From the NCBI RefSeq assembly GCF_000017945.1, contig NC_009776.1, forward strand, positions 870,001 to 902,000: a DNA stretch of 32,000 bases, given 5' to 3'. The DNA comes from Ignicoccus hospitalis KIN4/I (lineage in GTDB: Archaea; Thermoproteota; Thermoprotei_A; Sulfolobales; Ignicoccaceae). Shown piece by piece: positions 7,871 through 15,563 of this stretch. Position 1 is the first letter of the stretch. The number at the start of each line of letters is the position of its first letter. The notes below the pieces were generated by a model that was given only the letters and a program-made list of their open reading frames with translations, was not told the origin of the DNA and made no database searches. The position numbers were made by a program, and so were the translations under genes.

Positions 7871-8332
7871 TTGGGGGGCATCAAGATACCCAGCGAGTAC
7901 TTCGAATACATAGTAATGGCACTCGAAATAATGCTGATACTGTTAACGGCGGCGTTCACCTTCCTCTCGCTCCTGTGGTTCGGCCAGACGCTCGCCAAGG
8001 ACTTCATCCACATAAGCGGGAGCGGCGAGGGCTTCGCGGTCACCAAGGAGGCAATAGTGGAGCTGTTGGACATAACCTTGCTAACCCTAATAATTATAGA
8101 CGTCCTCCAAATAGTGGTGGCTAGGTATACCAGCTCCTACGACTACTTGCGCATAGCCGTGGAGGTGGGCATGCTATCGCTACTGAGGGAGCTAATATCA
8201 GTCGAGATCAAGAAGCCCGACCCAATCAAAGTGCTCTCCTTCGCCATAGCGATACTTATGCTGTTCTTCGTCTGGCTGGGGCTTAACAGAGCTAGGGTGG
8301 TTGACGCACTGAAGGAGAGCCTCCTCAAATAG
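7871..8332 (+). CDS. Small multi-pass membrane protein, possibly PsiE-like
   Basis: Four hydrophobic segments: MALEIMLILLTAAFTFLSLLWF, ITLLTLIIIDVLQIVV, IAVEVGMLSLLRELI, VLSFAIAILMLFFVWLGL. The IIDVLQ...LLRELI pattern resembles PsiE-family proteins. The start could be ATG 7916 instead. Confidence 0.55.
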   Translation: MGGIKIPSEYFEYIVMALEIMLILLTAAFTFLSLLWFGQTLAKDFIHISGSGEGFAVTKEAIVELLDITLLTLIIIDVLQIVVARYTSSYDYLRIAVEVGMLSLLRELISVEIKKPDPIKVLSFAIAILMLFFVWLGLNRARVVDALKESLLK

Positions 8333-8920
8333 GCTTAGGTCCTCTATCCAAACGGTAGAGAACTTTTTGATTTGAGGGTCCCTCACGCCTATGGAGCAGC
8401 CGGACGCGAGCATTGCCGGCACGTCTATCAAGCTGTCGCCCACATATATTACCTCCTTTAGCCCTATGTCCAATTTTTCCAATAATTTCTTCAATCCCAG
8501 CGCCTTGTTCTTCGGCTCCACGACGGGCTTGCACTCGTAGCAAGGGTTGGCCAGCCACAAGTGGACCCCGAGGAGCTCGGCCACCTTGGCCGTGCTGGCC
8601 TCCAGCCCCGCGCTGAGCAGGCCCACTGCCATCCCCCTTCGCTTAACCAAGTTGACCGAGTTGGCGGCGTTGGGGTGTACGTAATCCACTACTCTTTCCA
8701 TAATTCTTAACACGTCCTCCCTCGTCAAGTCCTTCTTCGCGGACTTCCACCTCTCCCAGTCCCTCCTGCACCACTCCTCGTAACTTATTTCGCCGCGAAA
8801 GTATTTCTTCATATCATCCAAGGATCCGGACGTCCCCAAGCTTTTGTGGACGAACTCCCAGCTGCTCTTAAAGGTTAGGAGCACGCCGTCCACGTCGAAC
8901 ACGGTAGCTCTATACTTCAA
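8198..8920 (-). CDS. HAD-superfamily hydrolase, subfamily IB (phosphoserine-phosphatase-like)
   Basis: Motif I is FDVDGVLL and motif IV is VGDSLIDVPAML. The start is set at TTG 8920 (LKYRATVFDVDG) so that the catalytic Asp falls at about residue 9. The 313-aa maximal ORF reaching 9139 overlaps the divergent wHTH gene. Confidence 0.75.
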   Translation of the reverse strand: MKYRATVFDVDGVLLTFKSSWEFVHKSLGTSGSLDDMKKYFRGEISYEEWCRRDWERWKSAKKDLTREDVLRIMERVVDYVHPNAANSVNLVKRRGMAVGLLSAGLEASTAKVAELLGVHLWLANPCYECKPVVEPKNKALGLKKLLEKLDIGLKEVIYVGDSLIDVPAMLASGCSIGVRDPQIKKFSTVWIEDLSLFEEALLQCVNHPSSVKPQPDEEQHKYRYGEGEHFDWVGLLDLD

Positions 8921-9023
8921 CCCTTCAAACCCTTCGTCCTGGCCCTCGAAAGGTGTTTTCTGGGAAACGCCCTTCCTCCCGCTCGAAAGGGGAGGGCCGG
9001 AAGCTACTGTAAGTGAGGGGAAG

Positions 9024-9521
9024 TTGGGGTTAGAAGAGGTGGCTAGGACCTTCGCCGCGTTGGGACACCCGGCAAGGCTAGCGATGGTGCTGTACTTGAG
9101 TAGGTCTAGGAGAGGCGTGGTCTGGGAGGCCCTCCGCAACGCGCTGTTAGAGCACGGGATGGACGGCGACGAGAGTTACGTTAACTTCCACTTGACGCAG
9201 CTTATCAACGCCGGCGTGGTCCTTAAAGTGAAAGTAAAGAGCGGCTTTTACGTCTACAAGCTCAACAGTAAGATAAACAAGTGGATCCGGCTGAACAAGA
9301 TAAGGGAGGAAACGGAAAAGGGCCCCCCCGGGCCGACCCGCGGGGGAGAACTTGAAGGAGCAGTTGGAGGCGAGGTACATATCGAACACAGAAGCTCTGG
9401 TGATGCTAGAGAAGAGGTGGAAGGAGCTGGGACCGGACGCGAGCAAGATGGAGTACACGGCGATAACGAACAGCGTGAGACACTTGAGGCTAGTGATAAA
9501 GTGCACGTTGGACAAAGTTAG
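9024..9521 (+). CDS. ArsR-family winged helix-turn-helix regulator; the 3' part reads out of frame across rpoF
   Basis: FAALGHPARLAMVLYL ... VNFHLTQLINAGVVLKV ... FYVYKLN is a classic ArsR/SmtB-type wHTH. The start is uncertain (TTG 9024 or GTG 9039). After the C7 run at 9323-9329 the translation becomes G/E-rich junk. See the finding on this region. Confidence 0.6.
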   Translation: MGLEEVARTFAALGHPARLAMVLYLSRSRRGVVWEALRNALLEHGMDGDESYVNFHLTQLINAGVVLKVKVKSGFYVYKLNSKINKWIRLNKIREETEKGPPGPTRGGELEGAVGGEVHIEHRSSGDAREEVEGAGTGREQDGVHGDNEQRETLEASDKVHVGQS

Positions 9522-9705
9522 GGAGTTAGACGAGTTCTTGAAGGAAATGGGCCTCGAAGAGGAAGCCCGCGTCGCGATAGAAAACGAGTGCCCAACCGAA
9601 GTGGACTTCTTGAAGGTGGTGTTAGGCGTAGTTCCAGACTTGGAACTGAGCGAGGAAGAGATGGAACAAATAGTGGAAAAAGTGAGGGAACTCCTAAGCT
9701 CTTAA
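9352..9705 (+). CDS. rpoF: DNA-directed RNA polymerase subunit F (Rpo4/Rpb4 homologue)
   Basis: [20 protein letters not shown] ... [13 protein letters not shown] ... [12 protein letters not shown] ... [15 protein letters not shown] matches the archaeal RpoF pattern as I remember it. TTG start is preceded by GGGGGAG. The stop overlaps the tbp stop by 4 nt. Confidence 0.85.
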   Translation: MKEQLEARYISNTEALVMLEKRWKELGPDASKMEYTAITNSVRHLRLVIKCTLDKVRELDEFLKEMGLEEEARVAIENECPTEVDFLKVVLGVVPDLELSEEEMEQIVEKVRELLSS

Positions 9706-10325
9706 AGTTCTTCGTCCTCGCCTAACATTTCTTCTACACTTAGGTCTACCTCGGGCTCCCTTATACAGCCCTTCTCCTTTAAGTTCTGGAACACTTTCTC
9801 TACTGCCTTACTAACCTCTTCTTCCTTCTTCGCGCCGGTAACCACCATCTTACCCGAGGAGAACAAGAGCAAGACCACTCTAGGCTCGTCCAGTCGGTAT
9901 ATGAGGCCCGGGAACTGCTCCGGCTCGTACATGCTGTTCTCCAGCAAGTAGGCCGCCTTCTCCAGGTGGACCTCCACACCCAAGTTGGCGGAGGCCACTA
10001 TGTTCTGTATCTGAATGCGCGGCCTTACCTTGCCGCTCACTATACCTTTCGACTTGAGGATGTAGAATATCTTCTTAACTGCTGTTATTAACTCTTGGGT
10101 GCTCTTCGCGCCGGTAACCACCATCTTACCGGACTTGAATATAAGGGCCGTAACCCTCGGCTCTTCCAACCGGAATATGAGGCCCGGGAACTGGTCCGGG
10201 TCGTATTCCACGTTGCTGTCGAATTCCTTTTCAATTTTCTCTAGGTCTATGTTTTGGTCTATGGAAACCGTGGCTACGATGTTTTCTATTTTTATACTGG
10301 GCTTCGCTTCAGCGTCGAGAGACAA
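9702..10325 (-). CDS. tbp: TATA-box binding protein
   Basis: Two direct repeats: IENIVATV...FPGLIFRL...[15 protein letters not shown] and IQNIVASA...FPGLIYRL...[15 protein letters not shown]. Acidic C-terminal tail GEDEEL. TTG start. Confidence 0.95.
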   Translation of the reverse strand: MSLDAEAKPSIKIENIVATVSIDQNIDLEKIEKEFDSNVEYDPDQFPGLIFRLEEPRVTALIFKSGKMVVTGAKSTQELITAVKKIFYILKSKGIVSGKVRPRIQIQNIVASANLGVEVHLEKAAYLLENSMYEPEQFPGLIYRLDEPRVVLLLFSSGKMVVTGAKKEEEVSKAVEKVFQNLKEKGCIREPEVDLSVEEMLGEDEEL

Positions 10326-10346
10326 AGTGAGACCCGCTTTTTAAGG

Positions 10347-10356
10347 ATTTTTAAAG
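10347..10356 (-). promoter_or_regulatory. TATA box (minus strand CTTTAAAAAT) for tbp
   Basis: Centred about 26 nt upstream of the TTG at 10325, consistent with a leaderless or near-leaderless transcript. Confidence 0.5.
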
Positions 10357-10378
10357 GGTTTAAATATTCTTTGCTCGT

Positions 10379-11755
10379 TTAGATCCCGGTCCACGGCTCT
10401 ATGTAGTCTTTGGGCGCGCTTTCGAAGGGTTCCAAGTACTTCCTCAAAGCCCTCGGAATCCTCACGCGACCGTCCGGCAGTTGATGGTTCTCTAAGATGG
10501 CCGTTATTGTCCTCGTAGTTGCGAGCGCGGTGGAGTTCAAAGTGTGTACGAAGTCGTGTTTCTTCCCTCCCTTTATCCTGTACCTTATCTTCAACCGGTA
10601 GCTCTGCCAGTCCGTGCAGTTGGAGGCGCTTACGAGCTCCCTATACTTGCCTTGGGCAGGATACCAAACTTCCAAGTCGTACTTCTTGGCTGCGGGGCTG
10701 CCGAGCTCGCCCCCGCAGACGTTTACCACCCTGTAGGGGAGCTCCAGCCCTTTGACGAGCTCCTCCGCGTTCCTTATCAGTTCCTCTAAGACCTCCCAGC
10801 TGTCCTCCGGCTTGGAGAAGACGAACTGCTCAACTTTGTGGAATTGGTGAACTCTGAATATACCCTTTAAGTCCCTGTTCCCGGCCCCCGCCTCCTTCCT
10901 AAAGCAAGGGCTCACCCCGGCCAACTTTATGGGCAACTCGCTTTCGTCTATTATCTCTTCCATCTTGTAGGCAGCTAGGGGGTGTTCAGAGGTGGCGATC
11001 AAGTACAAGTCTTCTCCCTCGATCTTGTATATTGCATCCTTGAAGGTCTCGACGTCTATCACGCCCCTCAGCACTTTGTACCTCACCATGTAGGGCGGTT
11101 CCACGAGCACGAAGCCCTTTTTGCTCAAGAAGTCCATAGCGTACATCATTAGTGCGTAATCCAGCCAGACGAGGTCCTTGAAGAGGTAGTAGAAACGGGA
11201 GGAGGCCACTTGGGCGGCCTTGTAGGTGTTGCCGAGCCTCAGCACCTTCTCCAGCATGTCCGCGTGGCCTACGGGCTTCTCCTCTACTACCTCGTGTTCT
11301 ACCTCGAACCCCCACCTCTTCGTCTGCTTCTCGAACTCCTCCAAGTGACCCTTCCAGACCTTCGGCTTCCCCCAGAAGCGGACGGGCACGTTGTGGTCCT
11401 CGTCGCACCCCTCCGGGACGGAGGGGTGGACGAGGTTCGGCAAGGAGAGGAGGATCTCCTCCCTCTTGGCCTCTAACTCCTTCAGCTTCTTCTCAAGCTC
11501 CTCCTTCAATGCCAATAGCTCTTTCGCCTTTTTTATTAGTGCTTCCCTCTCGGCCTTGTCCTTAGCCTTAGCGACTTCGCGGGTTATCTTGTTGTGTTCG
11601 TGGCGTAGCCTCTCCACTTCTTGGAGGGTCTTCCTCCACTCCTCGTCCACCCTTATCGCTTCATAAACGGGTTGGGGGTCTTTGCACCTCTTTTTCATGG
11701 ACTCTATTAGGAGCTCTGGGTTGTTCCTCAGCGCCTCCAAGACGCTCCACGGCAT
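10379..11755 (-). CDS. serS: Seryl-tRNA synthetase
   Basis: N-terminal coiled-coil arm (E/K-rich, residues about 30-100). Class II core with [16 protein letters not shown] and the [17 protein letters not shown] pattern. Confidence 0.95.
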   Translation of the reverse strand: MPWSVLEALRNNPELLIESMKKRCKDPQPVYEAIRVDEEWRKTLQEVERLRHEHNKITREVAKAKDKAEREALIKKAKELLALKEELEKKLKELEAKREEILLSLPNLVHPSVPEGCDEDHNVPVRFWGKPKVWKGHLEEFEKQTKRWGFEVEHEVVEEKPVGHADMLEKVLRLGNTYKAAQVASSRFYYLFKDLVWLDYALMMYAMDFLSKKGFVLVEPPYMVRYKVLRGVIDVETFKDAIYKIEGEDLYLIATSEHPLAAYKMEEIIDESELPIKLAGVSPCFRKEAGAGNRDLKGIFRVHQFHKVEQFVFSKPEDSWEVLEELIRNAEELVKGLELPYRVVNVCGGELGSPAAKKYDLEVWYPAQGKYRELVSASNCTDWQSYRLKIRYRIKGGKKHDFVHTLNSTALATTRTITAILENHQLPDGRVRIPRALRKYLEPFESAPKDYIEPWTGI

Positions 11756-11786
11756 TTCGGGCTCTCCGACGTCCTTACGTGGGGCG

Positions 11787-11794
11787 TAATATAG
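11787..11794 (-). promoter_or_regulatory. TATA-like box (minus strand CTATATTA) for serS
   Basis: About 35 nt upstream of ATG 11755. Confidence 0.4.
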
Positions 11795-11931
11795 GGCCTA
11801 AGTTTGAAGAGGGGAGAAGGGGTTGGGCCGGGAGTGACCCGCCCCGCGCCCATCGGACCCCGGGACTCGGGGCTACTAAGCGCGGGACCGGGGTTCCGAA
11901 GGAGGGAGCGTGATGGGGCTTAAAATTGTTG

Positions 11932-12007
11932 TGGCGCCGGGGGGAGGACTCGAACCTCCGGCCACCGGGTTAACAGCCCGGCGCTCTACCAGCTGAGCTA
12001 CCCCGGC
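11932..12007 (-). tRNA. tRNA-Asn (anticodon GTT), CCA encoded
   Basis: The reverse complement folds as a canonical cloverleaf. Acceptor GCCGGGG/CCCCGGC, D arm GCTC-AGCTGGTA-GAGC, anticodon arm CCGGG-CTGTTAA-CCCGG, T arm GGAGG-TTCGAGT-CCTCC, discriminator G, then CCA. Confidence 0.9.
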
Positions 12008-12032
12008 TCCGGGGGAGGGAGACTCTAACTGG

Positions 12033-12061
12033 TTAATAAATTTTTCGAAAAAGGTTCATAA
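12033..12061. promoter_or_regulatory. Shared AT-rich bidirectional promoter region of the divergent tRNA genes
   Basis: Minus-strand TTTATTAA (12033-12040) lies about 30 nt from the tRNA-Asn 5' end. TTCATAA (12055-12061) lies about 29 nt from the tRNA-Leu 5' end. They flank the 12-nt perfect palindrome TTTTTCGAAAAA (12041-12052). Confidence 0.45.
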
Positions 12062-12086
12062 CCCCTAGGGCCCCAGCGTCCCCCGA

Positions 12087-12174
12087 GCCGGGGTGCCCGA
12101 GCCTGGCCAAAGGGGTCGGGCTTAGGACCCGATGGCGTAGGCCTGCGTGGGTTCAAATCCCACCCCCGGCACCA
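12087..12174 (+). tRNA. tRNA-Leu (anticodon TAG), long variable arm, CCA encoded
   Basis: Acceptor GCCGGGG/CCCCGGC, anticodon arm TCGGG-CTTAGGA-CCCGA, extended variable arm, T arm GTGGG-TTCAAAT-CCCAC, discriminator A, then CCA. Confidence 0.9.
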
Positions 12175-12316
12175 AGGAGCTCCCAAACTCCTCGCCCTTG
12201 ACGGGCCACCTCGCGCAGTTCCTTCATGCGTCCGAGGCGAGCGAGGAAAGGGTTAATGCTTAAGGGGTTCAGGCCCCGTGACCTATCCGCTCACCGATCG
12301 CCCGGCCAAGGTTTCA

Positions 12317-13711
12317 TCACGCGAAACGCCACTCCGTTTCCTTGCCCTTGTCCAACAGCTTGACCCCGAGCTCGTCCAGCTTCGACCTTATATAGTCGGC
12401 CAGCTCCCACTGTTTCATCTCCCTCAGCTTGCTCCTCACTTCAACTAGCAAGTCTATGAACGGCTCAACCCCTTCGTGGACCCTCTCTTCGAAGACCTCA
12501 AAGACCTTGTCGGCCTCGTTGACGAACTCTAAGACGGCTAAGGAGACTTCCCAACTCCCCTCTTCTATGGCCTTGTTGCCCAACCTCAACGCCTCCCTCA
12601 CGGCCGCCCACGCTTCGGGGGTGTTGAAGTCGTTGTCCATAGCGTCGTAAAACTCATTCCTAATCTTCGAGACTTCGTAAATGGCCTTTATTTCCCACTC
12701 GTCCAGCTTGCCCTTTGGACTCTCCTTTTTAACTATCTTCCTCAACTCGTCGACGGTCATTCTCATCCTAGTTAAGCTCCTCTTGGCCTCTTCTAGCCTC
12801 TCCCACGAGAAGTCCAGCTCCGTGCGGTAGTGGGCGGACGACAGCCAGTACCTAACTACTTCCGGCTCGAAGCTCTTCAACACGTCCTTCAACGGCACTA
12901 TGTTGCCCAAACTTTTACTCATCTTCTCCCCTTTGACGGTCAAGTAGCCGGAGTGGAGCCAGTACTTCACCCAAGGCCTGACGCCGAAGCGAGCCTCGCT
13001 CTGAGCTATTTCATTTTCGTGGTGCGGGAAGATCAAGTCCCTAGCGCCGCCGTGAACGTCGAACTGCTTACCCAAGTATTTGCTACTCATAGTGGAGCAC
13101 TCTATGTGCCACCCCGGCCTGCCCTTACACCAAGGGCTGTCCCACCAAGGTTCTCCGGGCTTGGCGCACTTCCATAAGGCGAAGTCGTACGGGTTCTTCT
13201 TGTCCTTGACGAACTCCTCTTGACTCCACATCTTCTTGTCCTTTATCCCGGAGAGCTGGCCGTAGTAGGGGTACTTGTCGACGTCGAAGTAGACCCCGCT
13301 CTGGGTGACGTACGCGTAGCCCTTGTCCACCAAGTCTTGAACGAACTCTATTATGTCGTCTATATGATCTGTGACCCTCGGGTGGACGGTGGGGAAGACC
13401 TTTAGTTTTTTCATGAGCTCGAAGTACTCGTTCGTGTAGGTGTCCGCTACCTCCTTCCAGCTGACGCCGAGCTCCCTCGCCCTGTTTATTATCTTGTCGT
13501 CTATGTCGGTGATGTTCTGAACGTGGATCACGTTATAACCCTTCAACCTTAAGTATTTTTTAATTATGTCGAACGCCACCCAAGTCCTCGCGTGGCCTAT
13601 GTGAGAGTGGTCGTAAACCGTCGGACCGCAGACGTACATCCTAACCAGAGGGGGCTCCAAAGGCTTGAAGTCCTCTAACCTCCTAGTTAACGTGTTGAAG
13701 ACCTTCAGCAA
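12317..13711 (-). CDS. cysS: Cysteinyl-tRNA synthetase
   Basis: [20 protein letters not shown] (HIGH motif) and KMSKSLGN (KMSKS motif). TTG start. Double stop TGATGA. Confidence 0.95.
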   Translation of the reverse strand: MLKVFNTLTRRLEDFKPLEPPLVRMYVCGPTVYDHSHIGHARTWVAFDIIKKYLRLKGYNVIHVQNITDIDDKIINRARELGVSWKEVADTYTNEYFELMKKLKVFPTVHPRVTDHIDDIIEFVQDLVDKGYAYVTQSGVYFDVDKYPYYGQLSGIKDKKMWSQEEFVKDKKNPYDFALWKCAKPGEPWWDSPWCKGRPGWHIECSTMSSKYLGKQFDVHGGARDLIFPHHENEIAQSEARFGVRPWVKYWLHSGYLTVKGEKMSKSLGNIVPLKDVLKSFEPEVVRYWLSSAHYRTELDFSWERLEEAKRSLTRMRMTVDELRKIVKKESPKGKLDEWEIKAIYEVSKIRNEFYDAMDNDFNTPEAWAAVREALRLGNKAIEEGSWEVSLAVLEFVNEADKVFEVFEERVHEGVEPFIDLLVEVRSKLREMKQWELADYIRSKLDELGVKLLDKGKETEWRFA

Positions 13712-13789
13712 GGGTGGACCCCTCGCGAGAAGGGGGCGGCGCTTAATGGGGCTTCAACAAAATAACTTCGCCTCCGCGCCCCTCATGGG

Positions 13790-14656
13790 ATGGAAAAAAT
13801 GCTCGTAAGGCCCCCTGCCGTCGCTGGGACCTTCTACCCGGCCGACGCCGAGGAGCTGATTAGACTGATAGAGTGGAGCTTCACCCACCCCCTGGGACCC
13901 GGAGAGGTTCCAGAAGTCAGCCCCGTGAGGAGGAAGGCTAGCGTCGGTTACATGGTGCCCCACGCGGGCTACATCTACTCCGGCCCCGTAGCCGCTTGGA
14001 GCTACTACCACTTGGCCCAAGAGGGGGCGCCCGAGACGGTAGTGATAATTGGCCCCAACCACACCGGCTTGGGACCGGCCGTATCGGTAATGCCCCCGAG
14101 CATTTGGGAGACCCCGCTGGGGGGCGTGAAGACGGACGATGAGGCCATAAGCGAGCTCCTAAAAGTGAGTAACGTGGTCGAGGAGGACTACAGCGCCCAC
14201 GCCTACGAGCACAGCTTGGAGGTGCAACTCCCGTTCCTACAGTACCTCTTCGGCGACTCCTTCAGGATAGTGCCGATAGTTATGAAGGTCCAGACCCCTT
14301 CGGTGGCGAGGCTGTTAATGCAATCCATAAAGGAAGCCATGGAGAACTTAGGGAGGGACTACGTAGTCCTCTCCTCCTCAGACTTGAACCACTACGAGCC
14401 CCACGACATTACCGTAGAGAAAGATATGCTGGCGCTCGAGAAGATAGTGAACTTAGACCCGGAGGGCCTTCAAGAGGTCTTGGTGAAGTACGACATAAGC
14501 ATGTGCGGCCCCGGCCCGGTTATGGTCAACATGTACTTGGACAAGGAGTACGGCGCGGAGAGGGCGATCTTGCTCAAGCACGCCACGTCCGGGGACACTT
14601 CCGGCGACAAGAGCGCGGTAGTAGGGTACGCGGCGGTCAAGTTCCCCTTGCCTTAA
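13790..14656 (+). CDS. MEMO1 / AmmeMemoRadiSam system protein B family protein
   Basis: PAVAGTFYPADAEEL and VPHAGYIYSGPVAAWSY are the characteristic N-terminal Memo motifs. YEHSLEVQLPFLQ is also present. Confidence 0.85.
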   Translation: MEKMLVRPPAVAGTFYPADAEELIRLIEWSFTHPLGPGEVPEVSPVRRKASVGYMVPHAGYIYSGPVAAWSYYHLAQEGAPETVVIIGPNHTGLGPAVSVMPPSIWETPLGGVKTDDEAISELLKVSNVVEEDYSAHAYEHSLEVQLPFLQYLFGDSFRIVPIVMKVQTPSVARLLMQSIKEAMENLGRDYVVLSSSDLNHYEPHDITVEKDMLALEKIVNLDPEGLQEVLVKYDISMCGPGPVMVNMYLDKEYGAERAILLKHATSGDTSGDKSAVVGYAAVKFPLP

Positions 14657-15518
14657 GGGCCTCCGCGGTCAGCCTCAAACCCTCTTCCAAGCTAACCCTA
14701 GGCCTCCACCCGAAGGCCGCCAGCTTCGTGACGTCTGCAACGCTAACCCTCACGTCGCCAGGCCTCTCGGGGAGGAAGACCATCTCTGACTTCGAGCCAG
14801 TTAGTTCAATAATTTTCTTTGCTAGGGTTATTATGCTCACGCCGCGGCCGCTCCCGACGTTGTAAGTTCCTTCGGGGATTTCCCTTACCAACTTGAACGC
14901 TTTCACGACGTCGTCTACAAACACGAAGTCCCTAACTTGCCTCCCGTCGCCGTAAATCCTCAAGGGCTCCCCCTTCAGCGCCCTCCTCAAGAACTCTCCC
15001 ACCACCCCCCGACTGGGGGAGGCGCTGGGGCCGTAAACGTTGAACAGCCTCAAGGTCCAAGCCCTCAACCCGAAGGCCTTGCGGTAGGAATTGACCAAGG
15101 CCTCGCCCGCGACCTTAGTGGCGCCGTAGACGTTTACCGGTTCCAACGGGTGTTCCTCCGGCACCGGGACGACCTTGGCTTCCCCGTAGACTGCGGCCGT
15201 AGAGGCGAACACCACAGAAGCGTCCGCGAGCCTCGCGGCCTCCAACACGTTCAAGGTACCTTCCACGTTCACCCTCACGACCTTTGCGGGCTCCCTCAAG
15301 GACTCCTCCGCCTTGATCTCGGCCGCTAGGTGGTAGACCAGCTCGCAGTCCCTCAGCTCGACCTTCAAGTCGTCCAACAAGAGCACGTTCACCCTCGTGA
15401 ACTTCACGTGAGGGACCGGAGGGGGAGCGAGGTCCAGTACCTTTACCTCGCCTTCTTTCAAGAGTTCTTCGACCAGCTTAGAACCTATGTAGCCGGAGCC
15501 CCCCGTTATGCAGATCAA
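14637..15518 (-). CDS. NAD-dependent nucleoside-diphosphate-sugar epimerase/dehydratase (SDR family)
   Basis: ICITGGSGYIGSKL Rossmann motif and the YGATK catalytic YxxxK. TTG start. The 3' end overlaps the convergent Memo gene by 20 nt. Confidence 0.85.
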   Translation of the reverse strand: MICITGGSGYIGSKLVEELLKEGEVKVLDLAPPPVPHVKFTRVNVLLLDDLKVELRDCELVYHLAAEIKAEESLREPAKVVRVNVEGTLNVLEAARLADASVVFASTAAVYGEAKVVPVPEEHPLEPVNVYGATKVAGEALVNSYRKAFGLRAWTLRLFNVYGPSASPSRGVVGEFLRRALKGEPLRIYGDGRQVRDFVFVDDVVKAFKLVREIPEGTYNVGSGRGVSIITLAKKIIELTGSKSEMVFLPERPGDVRVSVADVTKLAAFGWRPRVSLEEGLRLTAEALKARGT

Positions 15519-15563
15519 GACGACCTTTCCGGGAGCCGAGAGGCGAGGAGGACAGAAAAGCCT

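Noticed and set aside
11756-12316. Possibility of an integrated element at the tRNA genes (tRNAs are common integration sites).
   Set aside because: There is no integrase or transposase ORF, no duplicated tRNA 3' segment (att-like direct repeat) that I could find nearby, and the flanking genes are core aminoacyl-tRNA synthetases.
12270-12323. A possible C/D-box sRNA on the minus strand at the cysS 3' end. GTGATGA (12320-12314) is followed 41 nt later by CTGA (12272-12269).
   Set aside because: The C-box match is created by the Ala codon plus the TGATGA double stop. Internal D' (GCGA) and C' (GTGAGCG) candidates are poor and mis-spaced. The flanks cannot form a terminal stem. It is worth a look in small-RNA data only.
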